Of a stretch of DNA of 64,000 bases, positions 11,594-21,576 are shown piece after piece. Position numbers and translations under genes: made by a program. The notes under the pieces were generated by a model, which was given only the letters and a program-made list of their open reading frames with translations, was not told the origin of the DNA and did no database searches. Origin of the DNA: an uncultured bacterium (GTDB taxonomy: Bacteria > Krumholzibacteriota > Krumholzibacteriia > JACNKJ01); contig CAVOFT010000001.1 of assembly GCA_963695095.1 (NCBI GenBank), positions 2,784,001-2,848,000 on the forward strand, read 5' to 3'. How positions within the stretch are numbered: position 1 is the first letter of the stretch; each line of letters starts with the position of its first letter.

Positions 11594-11923
11594 TCATGAA
11601 CCCAGCCCGCCCAGGCGCCCGCGCAGGTGCGCCTTCAGCGCGCGTTCGGCGGCCGCGAGCAGCTCCGGCAGCCGCGGATCAGCGAGGGCATAGTAAACCC
11701 GGGTGCCCTCCTTGCGGCGGGCGAGCAGGCCCTCGCTGGCCATGCGGCCGAGCTGGCGCGAGGTGTGCGATTGGCCCAGCCCTGTCGCGGCGACGATCTC
11801 GAGTACCGAGAGCTCGCCGCCGGCAAGCAGGTCGACGATGGCCAGGCGCGCGGGTTCGGCGAGCAGGCGGAAGTAGGCCGCCAGCTCCTGGAGCACAGCC
11901 TCAGAGCGCCGGGTCGAAGCCAT
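11594..11923 (-). CDS. ArsR/SmtB family transcriptional regulator
   Basis: FRLLAEPARLAI, ELSVLEI, GQSHTSRQL, RRKEGTRVYY. Confidence 0.9.
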   Translation of the reverse strand: MASTRRSEAVLQELAAYFRLLAEPARLAIVDLLAGGELSVLEIVAATGLGQSHTSRQLGRMASEGLLARRKEGTRVYYALADPRLPELLAAAERALKAHLRGRLGGLGS

Positions 11924-12015
11924 GGCCCTCGCCGCAAGATGCCGGGAAGGGGACGGGCCCCTCCCCGGCTTTCTCTCACCATCTCCTGCATGCTGCGGGA
12001 GACGTTCCCGGGTTC

Positions 12016-12044
12016 TATATATGCCTATACAGCTATATTGTCAA
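12016..12044 (-). promoter_or_regulatory. Sigma70-type promoter for the arsR unit, with an imperfect AT-rich inverted repeat in the spacer
   Basis: Minus strand TTGACA (12044-12039), 17 nt, TATATA; ATATATGC...GCTATAT dyad overlaps it. Confidence 0.6.
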
Positions 12045-12152
12045 GTAGGCATTTTTAAGCGCAACGGCGCTGCGCGCTTGCCGCCGATGGCACCCCTTGC
12101 TAGCGTGCCCAGCGGCTGACCGATGGGCGGGACGGCCGGGAAGGATGCGTGC

Positions 12153-14192
12153 GTGGGCTTCCCCCGATTCGAGCGAATCTATGCCGATTTCCGCGCGCAC
12201 GACTACCGCTTCACCATGGTCCTGGCCCTGATCCTGGGCGTGCTCGGCGGCCTGGGCAACCTCGTCTTCCAGAGCCTGATCGACCTCTTCCGCGTTCTCG
12301 CCTGGGGCGGCGCGGACGATTTCCTCGGCCGCTTCAGCGCGGCGCCCATCTGGCTCAAGCTCGGCGTGCCCATCCTGGCGGGCTTTCTCGGCGGACTGGT
12401 CATTCACTTCATCTCACCGGAGGCCAAGGGTCACGGCGTCCCCGCGGTGATGAAGGCCGTGGCCCTGCGCGGGGGCGTCATCCCCCGGCGCACGGTGGCC
12501 GGCAAGACCCTCGCCAGCTCGCTCTGCCTGGCCGCCGGCGGCAGCGTGGGCCGCGAGGGGCCCATCGTGCAGATCGGCAGCGCGCTCGGGTCGGCCCTGG
12601 GGCAACTGCTGCGGCTCAACACGCCCCGGATGCGCACGGTCGTGGCCTGCGGCGCCACGGCGGGCATCGCCGCCACCTTCAACTCCCCCATCGCCGGCGC
12701 CTTCTTCAGCGCCGAAGTCATCCTGGGCGATTTCGGGCTGGCCAACTTCGCGCCCCTGGTGGCGGCGGCCGTGGTGGCTACCCTCGTCAGCCACATCTCG
12801 GCCGGCGGCAATGACCCGGCCTTCGCGGTGCCGGTCGAGCTGGGGCTCAGCGACGGGCGCGAGCTGATCCTCTACGCCCTGCTCGGACTGGGCGCCGCCC
12901 TCGTCGCCGTGGGCTTCATGAAGCTGCTGCACAAGACCGAGGACCTCTTCGACGGCATCCCCCTCTGGCCGCCCCTGCTCACCGCCATCGGCGGCCTGGG
13001 CTTCGGCCTCATCGGCCTCTTCGCGCCCGAGGTGCTCGGCAACGGCTACGCCTCGATCACGGCCGCCCTCCGCGGCGAGCTGGTCCTGGGCACGCTCGCC
13101 CTGCTGCTGGTCATGAAGGTCCTGGCCACCAGCATCACCCTGGGCTCGGGCAATTCGGGCGGCATCTTCGCGCCCAGCCTCTTTCTCGGCGTCATGTACG
13201 GCGGCGCGCTGGGCACGCTCTTCCACAGCTGGTTCCCCGAATGGACGGCAACCCCGGGCGCTTACGCGCTGGTCGGCATGGGCGCGGTGGTGGCGGCGGC
13301 CATCCACGCGCCGATCACGGTCATCCTCATGATCTTCGAGATGACGCGCGACTACGCCCTCATCCTGCCCCTCATGCTGGCCGTGGTGCTGGCCACGCTC
13401 ACCAGCCAGCGCCTGCAGCGGCACTCGATCTACACTTTCAAGCTGGCGCGGGAGGGCATCGATCTCCTGCGCGGCCGCGACGCCAGCGTCCTGCGCCGGC
13501 TCAAGGTCAAAGACGTGATGGACCGCCACTACGACGCCATCGAGGCGGGAGCGCCCCTGGCGGCCGTCCTCCGGCACCTGGCGCAGAGCAGCCATCAGGA
13601 GAGCCTGGTGCTGGATGCCGAAGGCCGCCTCGCGGGCATCCTCACCGTGGAGGAGATCAAGCGCGCCCTGCCCCAGCTCGAACAGCTGGGGGGACTGCTC
13701 ATCGCCCAGGACATGGCGGTGGCCGATCCACCGACCCTCGGCCCCGACGATGACCTCGACGCCGCCATGCGCGCCTTCGGCCGCCTCAACATCCAGGAGA
13801 TCCCCGTGGTGGACAGCGAGGATCTGCGGCGGCCCATCGGCCTCATCGTGCGCCACACGGTCATCAACGCCTACAACCAGGCCGTCCTCGAACTGGATCT
13901 GGCCGACGGCGCCTCCAGCCGCATGGCCAGCACCCTGGGACAGCGGGTGACGGAAACCCTGGGCGGCTACCAGCTCGTCGAGATGGAGGTGCCGCACGGC
14001 ATGCGCGGGTGCAGTCTGGGTGAGCTCGACTTCCGCGAGCGCACGGGCTGCCAGGTGCTGCTCATCCGGCGGGCCGGCCGGCTCGGCGAGGAGGCCTTCG
14101 CGCTGCCTGACGCCACTACCCCCCTGGCTCCGGACGACGGCATGCTCGTCTTCGGCAGCCGCGAGGACGTCCAGCGCCTGCGCCACGGCTGA
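12153..14192 (+). CDS. ClC family chloride channel/antiporter with CBS pair and TrkA-C domain
   Basis: GHGVP, GREGP, FSAEV, GGIFAP and SIYT motifs; VKDVM CBS repeats; C-terminal RCK_C-like segment; start may be 12123. Confidence 0.9.
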   Translation: MGFPRFERIYADFRAHDYRFTMVLALILGVLGGLGNLVFQSLIDLFRVLAWGGADDFLGRFSAAPIWLKLGVPILAGFLGGLVIHFISPEAKGHGVPAVMKAVALRGGVIPRRTVAGKTLASSLCLAAGGSVGREGPIVQIGSALGSALGQLLRLNTPRMRTVVACGATAGIAATFNSPIAGAFFSAEVILGDFGLANFAPLVAAAVVATLVSHISAGGNDPAFAVPVELGLSDGRELILYALLGLGAALVAVGFMKLLHKTEDLFDGIPLWPPLLTAIGGLGFGLIGLFAPEVLGNGYASITAALRGELVLGTLALLLVMKVLATSITLGSGNSGGIFAPSLFLGVMYGGALGTLFHSWFPEWTATPGAYALVGMGAVVAAAIHAPITVILMIFEMTRDYALILPLMLAVVLATLTSQRLQRHSIYTFKLAREGIDLLRGRDASVLRRLKVKDVMDRHYDAIEAGAPLAAVLRHLAQSSHQESLVLDAEGRLAGILTVEEIKRALPQLEQLGGLLIAQDMAVADPPTLGPDDDLDAAMRAFGRLNIQEIPVVDSEDLRRPIGLIVRHTVINAYNQAVLELDLADGASSRMASTLGQRVTETLGGYQLVEMEVPHGMRGCSLGELDFRERTGCQVLLIRRAGRLGEEAFALPDATTPLAPDDGMLVFGSREDVQRLRHG

Positions 14193-14335
14193 GGCCCTCG
14201 CTCCGCCGTCGGGGCCATCAAGCTATCCTGCAATGATTCGGCGGGAGTGGAAGCCCGTCTTACAGCCTTAGGGCGAATCGTGATTCCTCCCCGACATCGT
14301 TGCGCCATGCCCGGCGTTCGCCTATCCTGGCCGGC

Positions 14336-14815
14336 ATGGAAACCGTCCGCCTCGATGCCATGGACCGCCGGATCCTCGAGATCCTCCAGTCCGAAGGCCG
14401 CCTGCCCAACGCCCGCATCGCCGAGCGCGTGGGCCTGTCCCCCCCCAGCGTGCTCGAGCGCATCCGCAAGCTCGAGACGAAAGGCGTGATCCGCGGCTAC
14501 GCGGCGATGGTCGACGGCCCGCGCCTGGGTCTGCGCACGGAAGTCTACGTGGCCGTGGCGCTCAGCCTGCACCGGCGCGAGAGCATCGAGGAGTTCCGCG
14601 CCGCCATCCTCGCCATGCCGCAGGTGCTCGAGTGCCACCACCTGACCGGCGAAGAGGACTTCCTGCTGCGCGTGGTCGTGCCTGAGATCCGCGACTACGA
14701 GGACTTCCTCCTGCACACCCTCACCCGCGTCGAGGGCGTGAGCAAGCTCAAGAGCGCCTTCGTGCTGTCCACACTGAAGCGAGACACCCGGCTGCCGCTG
14801 CCGGAGACGACCTAG
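14336..14815 (+). CDS. Lrp/AsnC family transcriptional regulator
   Basis: LDAMDRRILEILQSEGR, VGLSPPSVLERIRKLE, ECHHLTGEEDFLL. Confidence 0.93.
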   Translation: METVRLDAMDRRILEILQSEGRLPNARIAERVGLSPPSVLERIRKLETKGVIRGYAAMVDGPRLGLRTEVYVAVALSLHRRESIEEFRAAILAMPQVLECHHLTGEEDFLLRVVVPEIRDYEDFLLHTLTRVEGVSKLKSAFVLSTLKRDTRLPLPETT

Positions 14816-14845
14816 CCGCCCGCGCGGCCCCCCTTGGAGGTTGGG

Positions 14846-15879
14846 ATGCAGAAGATCGCGATGATCGGTTTCGGGAACGTGGGCCAGGGGCTGGCCGAGA
14901 TCCTCCAGCGCAAGCAGGCCGCCCTCAAGCGCCGGCAGGGCTACGAGTACCGCGTCGTGGCGATCAGCGACGCCCGCCTGGGCGCCCTCTGCGATCCCGA
15001 GGGCCTGGACCTGGGCCGCGCCCTCAAGGTGCTCGGCGAGACGGGCAGCCTGACGGCCTACCGCGGGCAGCGGGTGCAGAAGGGCTGGGATGCCCTGCGC
15101 ACGATCCGCGAGAGCGAGGCCGACGTCGTGGTGGAGCTGGCCTGGACCGACCTCGCCACCGGCCAGCCGGCCATCCGCCACTGCGAGACGGCCCTCAAGC
15201 TGGGCAAGCACGTGGTGACCAGCAACAAGGGCCCGGCCGCCCTGGCCCAGCCGCGCCTCGCCCGCCTGGCGGCCAGGCACGGCGTCCAGTTCCGCATCGA
15301 GGGCACGGTGATGAGCGGCACGCCCGTGCTCAGCCTCGCCCTCGAGAACCTGGCCGGCAACGAGGTCCTCGCCATCCAGGGCATCCTGAACGGGACGACC
15401 AACTACATCCTCAGCGAGATGGAGGCCGGCGCCGACTACGCCGCGGCCCTGGCCAAGGCCCAGGCCCTCGGCTATGCCGAGGCCGATCCCACGGGCGACG
15501 TCGAGGGCCACGACGCGGCGGGCAAGGTGGCCATCCTCGCCAACCTGCTCATGGGCGCCTCGCTGGTGCCCGCCGACGTGAAGTGCAAGGGCATCACGGG
15601 CATCAGCGCCGCCGACGTCACCAAGGCCCGCGCCGCGGGCAAGCGCTGGAAGCTGATCGGCAGCGTCAAGCGCCTGCCCACGGGCGACCTGGACGCCCGC
15701 GTGGCGCCCGTGGCCCTGCCGCTGGCCGATCCGCTGGCCGGCGTCATGGGCCCCACCAACGCCGTCAGCTTCGAGACCGACCTGCTGGGCAAGGTGACCA
15801 TCGTCGGCCCGGGGGCGGGCCGCGTAGAGACGGGCTTCGCCATCCTCAGCGACCTCTTGGCCATCGAAAGGAGCCGCGC

Positions 15880-15883
<4 letters not shown>
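14846..15883 (+). CDS. hom: Homoserine dehydrogenase (short form, no ACT domain)
   Basis: GGAGG RBS; IGFGNVG, HVVTSNKGP, GILNGTTNYIL, GYAEADPTGDVEGHDAAGK, GPGAG. Confidence 0.93.
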
Positions 15884-16899
<1,016 letters not shown>

Positions 16900-16909
16900 G
16901 CGGCAGCCC

Positions 16910-18037
16910 GTGGCCGCGCCCGGCACCCTGGTCCTCAAGTTCGGGGGCACCAGCGTCCAGGACGCCGCGGCCCGCGCGGCCGCCCTCCGCCGCGTGCGCG
17001 CGCGCGGCGCGAGCGGCCGGCGCCTGGCCCTCGTCGTCAGCGCCATGGGCAGGAAGGGCGATCCCTACGCCACCGACACCCTGATCGGCCTGCTCGCCGC
17101 CGTCGGCGAGCCCGTCGCCCCGCGCGAGCTGGACCTGGCCATGAGCGCGGGCGAGTTGCTGACGGCCGCCCTCTTCGCCCACCTGCTCAACCTGGCCGGT
17201 CTGCCGGCCCAGGCCTTCACGGGCCCCCAGGCCGGCGTCCTCACCGACGATCGCGCCGGCGAGGCCGAGATCCTCGCCGTGGCGCCCGCCCGCGTCGCCG
17301 CCTGCCTGGCGGCGGGGCGCATCGCGGTGGTCGCCGGCTTCCAGGGGGCCGACCGCGAGGGCGAGATCCGCACCCTGGGCCGCGGCGGCAGCGACACCAG
17401 CGCCGTCGCCCTGGGCGCCGCCCTCGGCGCCGACGAGGTGGAGATCTACACGGATGTGCCCGGCGTGGCCACTGCGGATCCCCGCCGCGTGCCCGGCGCG
17501 CGCTTCCTGCCGGAGATCGGCGCCGCCGCCATGCTGGCGATGGCCGAGGAGGGGAGCCGCGTGCTGCACCCCCGCGCCATCCGGGCGGCTCAGCCCACGG
17601 CCACGCCCCTGCGCGTCCTCAGCACCTTCGACGAGGGGGAGGGCACGCTCATCCACCACCGCCCGGCGGCGGGACCGCCGCGCCCGCTGGCCCTGGCGCA
17701 GCGCGAGCGCCTGGTGCTGCTGCGCGCCGGGCGCGCGGGGCTCGAAGCCAATGATCCCGAGTTGCTCGCTCTGGGCGAGGGCCGCTACCTCGCAGCCGAC
17801 GACCTCGCTCTCGCCGCGCGGCTCGCGCGCCTCGCCGCGGCCGGCTGCCCGGCCAAGCCGGAGCGCGGCTGGGCCACGCTGTCCCTGATCTTCAGCGGTC
17901 CCGGTGGCGAGGTGCCCGAGTTCCCCGCCGGCCAGCCCATCCCCGCGCCGCCCGACCGCTGCCGCTGGCTGCTGCCCGAGGCCGCGCTCGAGGCCGCGCT
18001 CGCGACGCTCCATGCGAGCCGGCTCGCCGGCGCCTGA
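16910..18037 (+). CDS. Aspartate kinase (DapG/AK-I-like)
   Basis: LKFGGTSV, VVSAMGRKGDPYATDTL, GFQG, TLGRGGSDTSA, TADPR; C-terminal region degenerate. Confidence 0.88.
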   Translation: MAAPGTLVLKFGGTSVQDAAARAAALRRVRARGASGRRLALVVSAMGRKGDPYATDTLIGLLAAVGEPVAPRELDLAMSAGELLTAALFAHLLNLAGLPAQAFTGPQAGVLTDDRAGEAEILAVAPARVAACLAAGRIAVVAGFQGADREGEIRTLGRGGSDTSAVALGAALGADEVEIYTDVPGVATADPRRVPGARFLPEIGAAAMLAMAEEGSRVLHPRAIRAAQPTATPLRVLSTFDEGEGTLIHHRPAAGPPRPLALAQRERLVLLRAGRAGLEANDPELLALGEGRYLAADDLALAARLARLAAAGCPAKPERGWATLSLIFSGPGGEVPEFPAGQPIPAPPDRCRWLLPEAALEAALATLHASRLAGA

Positions 18038-18087
18038 GCCCGCCCGAGCCCCGCTGCGTTTTTTTTTGCCCGCCGTGCGATTCTTGC

Positions 18088-18117
18088 TTGCACCCTCCGG
18101 CGCAACGGCGCGATATT
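18088..18117 (+). promoter_or_regulatory. Candidate promoter for the small Lys-rich ORF
   Basis: TTGCAC, 18 nt, GATATT; weak -10 match. Confidence 0.35.
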
Positions 18118-18181
18118 GCGCGCCAAGAGCAAGCCGGGACCATCCCGGCAAATCCCTTCCCTACTACGCGGAGAAACTACA

Positions 18182-18241
18182 ATGGCTGGCAAGAAGAAGG
18201 CCGCTAAGAAGGCCACCAAGACCACGACCAAGAAGAAGTAA
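18182..18241 (+). CDS. 19-aa basic micropeptide MAGKKKAAKKATKTTTKKK
   Basis: GGAG RBS upstream, ATG...TAA, all nine Lys codons are AAG, followed by an intrinsic terminator. Confidence 0.6.
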   Translation: MAGKKKAAKKATKTTTKKK

Positions 18242-18279
18242 CTTCTACTGGCCGCTTGTCGGTCATGTGGCTTGATCGG

Positions 18280-18310
18280 GGGAGGGACCAGTGCCCTCCC
18301 TGTTTTTTTT
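18280..18310 (+). terminator. Intrinsic terminator
   Basis: GGGAGGG/CCCTCCC stem, 7-nt loop, then TG and T8. Confidence 0.85.
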
Positions 18311-18338
18311 GGGGGATACCCGCGGGCCCGCGCTGGGG

Positions 18339-18725
18339 CTAGCTCTCCAGGGGCGGTTCCTCGCTCGCAGCCTCGGGGGCGCGCGAAGCCCGCTCTCGGT
18401 CCCGCCGCCGGCGGCCGCCGGGCACATCGCGCTCGGCGATGAGCTCCATGTGCTCGGCGATGCGGAAGAAGACCATCACGAGCTCCACCACCACGCGAGC
18501 CAGCAGGCTGTAGACGATGAAGAGCAGCGGCGCGAGCAGGAGCGCGCCGAGGCCGGTCCAGATGCCGCGGCCGAAGCCGGCGCCGATGAAGCGCACCGCG
18601 CCGAAGAGGGCGGCCAAGAGGCCGATCGTGTACAGGAGCTTCAGCACGCCGGGCGTGACGAAGTCCGTGAAGCTGAAGTCGAAGAGGGTGGCGAGGAAGC
18701 CGCGCTGTCTGCGCTCGTCGTTCAT
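18339..18725 (-). CDS. DUF4282-like membrane protein
   Basis: LFDFSFTDFVTPGVLKLLY...RVVVELVMVFFRIAE; GGAG RBS. Confidence 0.75.
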   Translation of the reverse strand: MNDERRQRGFLATLFDFSFTDFVTPGVLKLLYTIGLLAALFGAVRFIGAGFGRGIWTGLGALLLAPLLFIVYSLLARVVVELVMVFFRIAEHMELIAERDVPGGRRRRDRERASRAPEAASEEPPLES

Positions 18726-18736
18726 GGCTACTCCCT

Positions 18737-19948
18737 TCACAGCCCCAGCCAGGTTTCGGTGACCGCCCGGGCGCGATCGCGGTCCTCCAGCGCCGTGTAG
18801 ACGGCGAAGACCGTGTGCGAGGACTCCTTCTCGGCCAGGGCCCGGGCCAGGGCCGACAGCTCGTAGAGATCCACCCGCTCGCCGTTCTTGCGCAGGATGG
18901 CCAGCTCCACTCGCTGCAGGCGGGGCTCGCTGAAGGCGAGCACGTCCACGGGCATGTCCACGAGCAGGGCGCCCGGCCCGAAGCCGCAGCGCTCGGTGAG
19001 CAGGGCCTCCACCTCGTGGCGGCTCAGTCCCGCGCTGGCCTCGACGAGGGCGCTGCGGAGCTGGCTCTCCCCGCGGCTGGCGATGCTGAAGGCCATCTTG
19101 TAGAGGTCCCGGTACTGGATCTTGTCCACCAGCAGGGCGCTCACCCCGCCGGCCAGGCGCAGGCGGGCCATCAGCTCGCCGTCGGTCAGCTCGTACCAGC
19201 CCTCGATGCTGCTGACCGCCAGTTCCATCGCCCTGAGCAGCATCGTCTCGGCGATGCGGCCCGTCCGGTGGGCGTAGACGGCCGAGTACATGTGATCGCG
19301 GGCGACCATCATCTCCTCGATGGCGTCCAGGCCCTTCTCCATGAGGTAGAGGCTGCCCCGGACCCGGTCCGCCTTGAGCGTGTGCAGGATGCGGTGCAGG
19401 TCGATGTTGCCGTGGGCGATGCCCGTGAAGTAGCTGTCGCGCAGCAGATAGTCGAGCTGGTCGGCGTCGATGGGCCCGTGGATGACATGCTGGAGAATGG
19501 CGTCCGGGTGGTCGCCGGTGACCAGATCGGCCACCTCCTCGGGATCCAGCCCGTAGCGGCGCAGGATCTCCGGAATCCAGCCCGCCCGCGGGAAGGTGTA
19601 GCGCGCCCGGCCCGTGATGATGCTGCCCGTCAGCTCCATGTGATCCTCGGGCAGCAGGCTCTCCAGGGCGTGGCTGAAGGGCGTGTGGCCCACGTCGTGG
19701 AGCATGCCGGCGGCCTGGGCCAGCCACTTCTGCTCGGGCAGCAGCTGCAGGGCCTGGGCCAGGAGACCGGCGACGTGGCTCACCCCGATCACGTGGCAGG
19801 CCCGGGTGTGCACGCCGCCCGGGTAGCTGAGGAAGCTGAGGCCCAGCTGGCGAATCCACTGCAGGCGCTGCAGCTCGGGCAGCTCGAGCAGGCCGCTCTG
19901 CAGCTCGTTCAGCTCGATGAAGCCGTGGATGGGGTCGTTGACGAACAT
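18737..19948 (-). CDS. HD domain phosphohydrolase (dNTPase/SAMHD1-like family)
   Basis: DPIHG, QRLQWIRQLG, HTRACH, LHDVGHTPFSH, DADQLDYLLRD, MYSAVYAH. Confidence 0.88.
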   Translation of the reverse strand: MFVNDPIHGFIELNELQSGLLELPELQRLQWIRQLGLSFLSYPGGVHTRACHVIGVSHVAGLLAQALQLLPEQKWLAQAAGMLHDVGHTPFSHALESLLPEDHMELTGSIITGRARYTFPRAGWIPEILRRYGLDPEEVADLVTGDHPDAILQHVIHGPIDADQLDYLLRDSYFTGIAHGNIDLHRILHTLKADRVRGSLYLMEKGLDAIEEMMVARDHMYSAVYAHRTGRIAETMLLRAMELAVSSIEGWYELTDGELMARLRLAGGVSALLVDKIQYRDLYKMAFSIASRGESQLRSALVEASAGLSRHEVEALLTERCGFGPGALLVDMPVDVLAFSEPRLQRVELAILRKNGERVDLYELSALARALAEKESSHTVFAVYTALEDRDRARAVTETWLGL

Positions 19949-19957
19949 GGCCGCCTC

Positions 19958-21394
19958 TCAGGCGTCGAAGTAGAGGGAAATCTCGTAGGGGTGCGGCCGG
20001 TTGCGCACCGCGTTGTACTCGTTCTCGATCTTGGCCTGGATCCAGGCCGCGATCAGCTCGCGGCTGAAGACCTCCCCCGCCAGCAGGAAGTCCTGATCGG
20101 CCTCCAGGGCCAGCATGGCCTCGCGCAGGCTGGTGGGCAGGCTGCCGAGCTTGGCCTTTTCGGCCTCGGGCAGGGTGAAGACGTTCACGTCGTAGGGCCC
20201 GAAGCCGAGCTGCGTCGGATCGAGCTCGCGACGGATGCCGTCCAGGCCGGCCAGGAGCTGGGCCGCCATCGCCAGGTAGATGTTGCAGGTGGCGTCCGGC
20301 GGCCGGAACTCGATGCGCTTGGTGGCCGCGGTATCGGCGTACTTGGGAATCCGCACGGAGGCGCTGCGGTTGGCCAGGCCGAAGATGGTCTTCACCGGCG
20401 CCTCGAAGCCGGGCACCAGGCGCTTGTAGCTGTTCGTGCTCGGGTTGGTGAAGGCCAAGAGCGCCGGCGCGTGGGCCAGCAGCCCGCCGATGTAGTGGAG
20501 CGCCGTGCGGCTCAGCCCGGCGTAGCCCCTGGGATCCCAGAAGAGGTTCCTCTGCCCCTTCATCAGGCGCTGGTGGAAGTGCATGCCGCTGCCCGCCTCG
20601 TTGAAGAGCGGCTTGGGCATGAAGGTGACCGTCTTCTTGTGGCGGGCCGCCGTCATCTTGACGATGTACTTGATGCGCAGGGCGTTATCGGCCGCCGCGC
20701 GCAGGGGCTGCTCGAGGATCTCGATCTCGCTCTGGCCGGGCCCGCCCACCTCGTGGTGGTGGTAGCGCACGGGGATGCCCGCGGCCTCCACCTCGGCCAC
20801 CATTTCAGCGCGCAGGTTGTAGAGCTGGTCCAGGGGCGGGCAGGCGTGGTAGCCGCCCTGGCGGGGGATCTTGTGGCCGAGGTTGTCCTCGGGGCGCACG
20901 GCGCTGTTCCAGTCCGCCTCGGCGCTGTCGATGCGATAGCTGGCCGTGTTGATGTCGTTCAGGTAGGTCACCGCATCGAAGATGTAGAACTCGAATTCGG
21001 GCGCCCAGAGGCTGCCGGTCGCCACGCCGCTGGCCGCCAGCAGGGCGTCCGCCTTGGCGAGGATGGCCCGCGGGTCGCGAGGGAAGGGCGCCTTGCTGTC
21101 CGCCTCGAAGGGCTGGGCGATCATCGAGAGCGTGGGCCGGTCCCAGAAGGGATCGCGTGCGGCCGTCGCCGGGTCGGGGATGAGCAGCATGTCGCCGGCC
21201 TCGAGGGACTTGAAGCCGGGCACGCTGGAGCCGTCGAAGGCGACGCCCTCGCTGAACAGGGCCGGCCCGACCTGGCTCAGCGGCACGCTGATGTGATGCC
21301 AGCCGCCGAAGAGGTTGACGAACTTGAAGTCGACGACTTCGATGCCCTCGCGCTTGACCTGTGCGAGGACGCGCTCCACCGCTGAGGCGGGCAT
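19958..21394 (-). CDS. glnA: Type I glutamine synthetase
   Basis: FDGSS, EFEFYIF, HHHEVG, FMPKP, GSGMHFH, NSYKRLVPGFEAP, NRSASVRIP, IEFRPPD. Confidence 0.96.
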   Translation of the reverse strand: MPASAVERVLAQVKREGIEVVDFKFVNLFGGWHHISVPLSQVGPALFSEGVAFDGSSVPGFKSLEAGDMLLIPDPATAARDPFWDRPTLSMIAQPFEADSKAPFPRDPRAILAKADALLAASGVATGSLWAPEFEFYIFDAVTYLNDINTASYRIDSAEADWNSAVRPEDNLGHKIPRQGGYHACPPLDQLYNLRAEMVAEVEAAGIPVRYHHHEVGGPGQSEIEILEQPLRAAADNALRIKYIVKMTAARHKKTVTFMPKPLFNEAGSGMHFHQRLMKGQRNLFWDPRGYAGLSRTALHYIGGLLAHAPALLAFTNPSTNSYKRLVPGFEAPVKTIFGLANRSASVRIPKYADTAATKRIEFRPPDATCNIYLAMAAQLLAGLDGIRRELDPTQLGFGPYDVNVFTLPEAEKAKLGSLPTSLREAMLALEADQDFLLAGEVFSRELIAAWIQAKIENEYNAVRNRPHPYEISLYFDA

Positions 21395-21441
21395 GGGGGC
21401 TCCTTAGTGATTCGGCAAGTTGTCGGGTAGGCGGTTCACGC

Positions 21442-21470
21442 ATTCTGCCTGAGCGCGGGCGCCGATGCAA
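21442..21470 (-). promoter_or_regulatory. Candidate glnA promoter
   Basis: Minus strand TTGCAT, 17 nt, CAGAAT. Confidence 0.4.
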
Positions 21471-21507
21471 GGGCAGCCGGCGGGGATCAGCGGGACGATC
21501 GCCGCAA

Positions 21508-21536
21508 TTGAAGCGAGCGCCTCGCTGGCCTATATT
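21508..21536 (+). promoter_or_regulatory. Candidate sigma70 promoter of the fumarase operon
   Basis: TTGAAG, 17 nt, TATATT. Confidence 0.55.
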
Positions 21537-21576
21537 GGCCCCGGGTCCGCGGCCCGGACCCGGAAGCGAGGCCGGC

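Noticed and set aside
18038..18067. Terminator after aspartate kinase (T9 run)
   Set aside because: The T-tract is present but no convincing stem lies immediately upstream.
18815..21385. Long antisense or alternate-frame ORFs (also 4825..7185, 24256..26859, 33546..36224, 36435..38624 and others)
   Set aside because: They mirror well-supported genes, are Arg/Gly/Ala-rich and show no family motifs.
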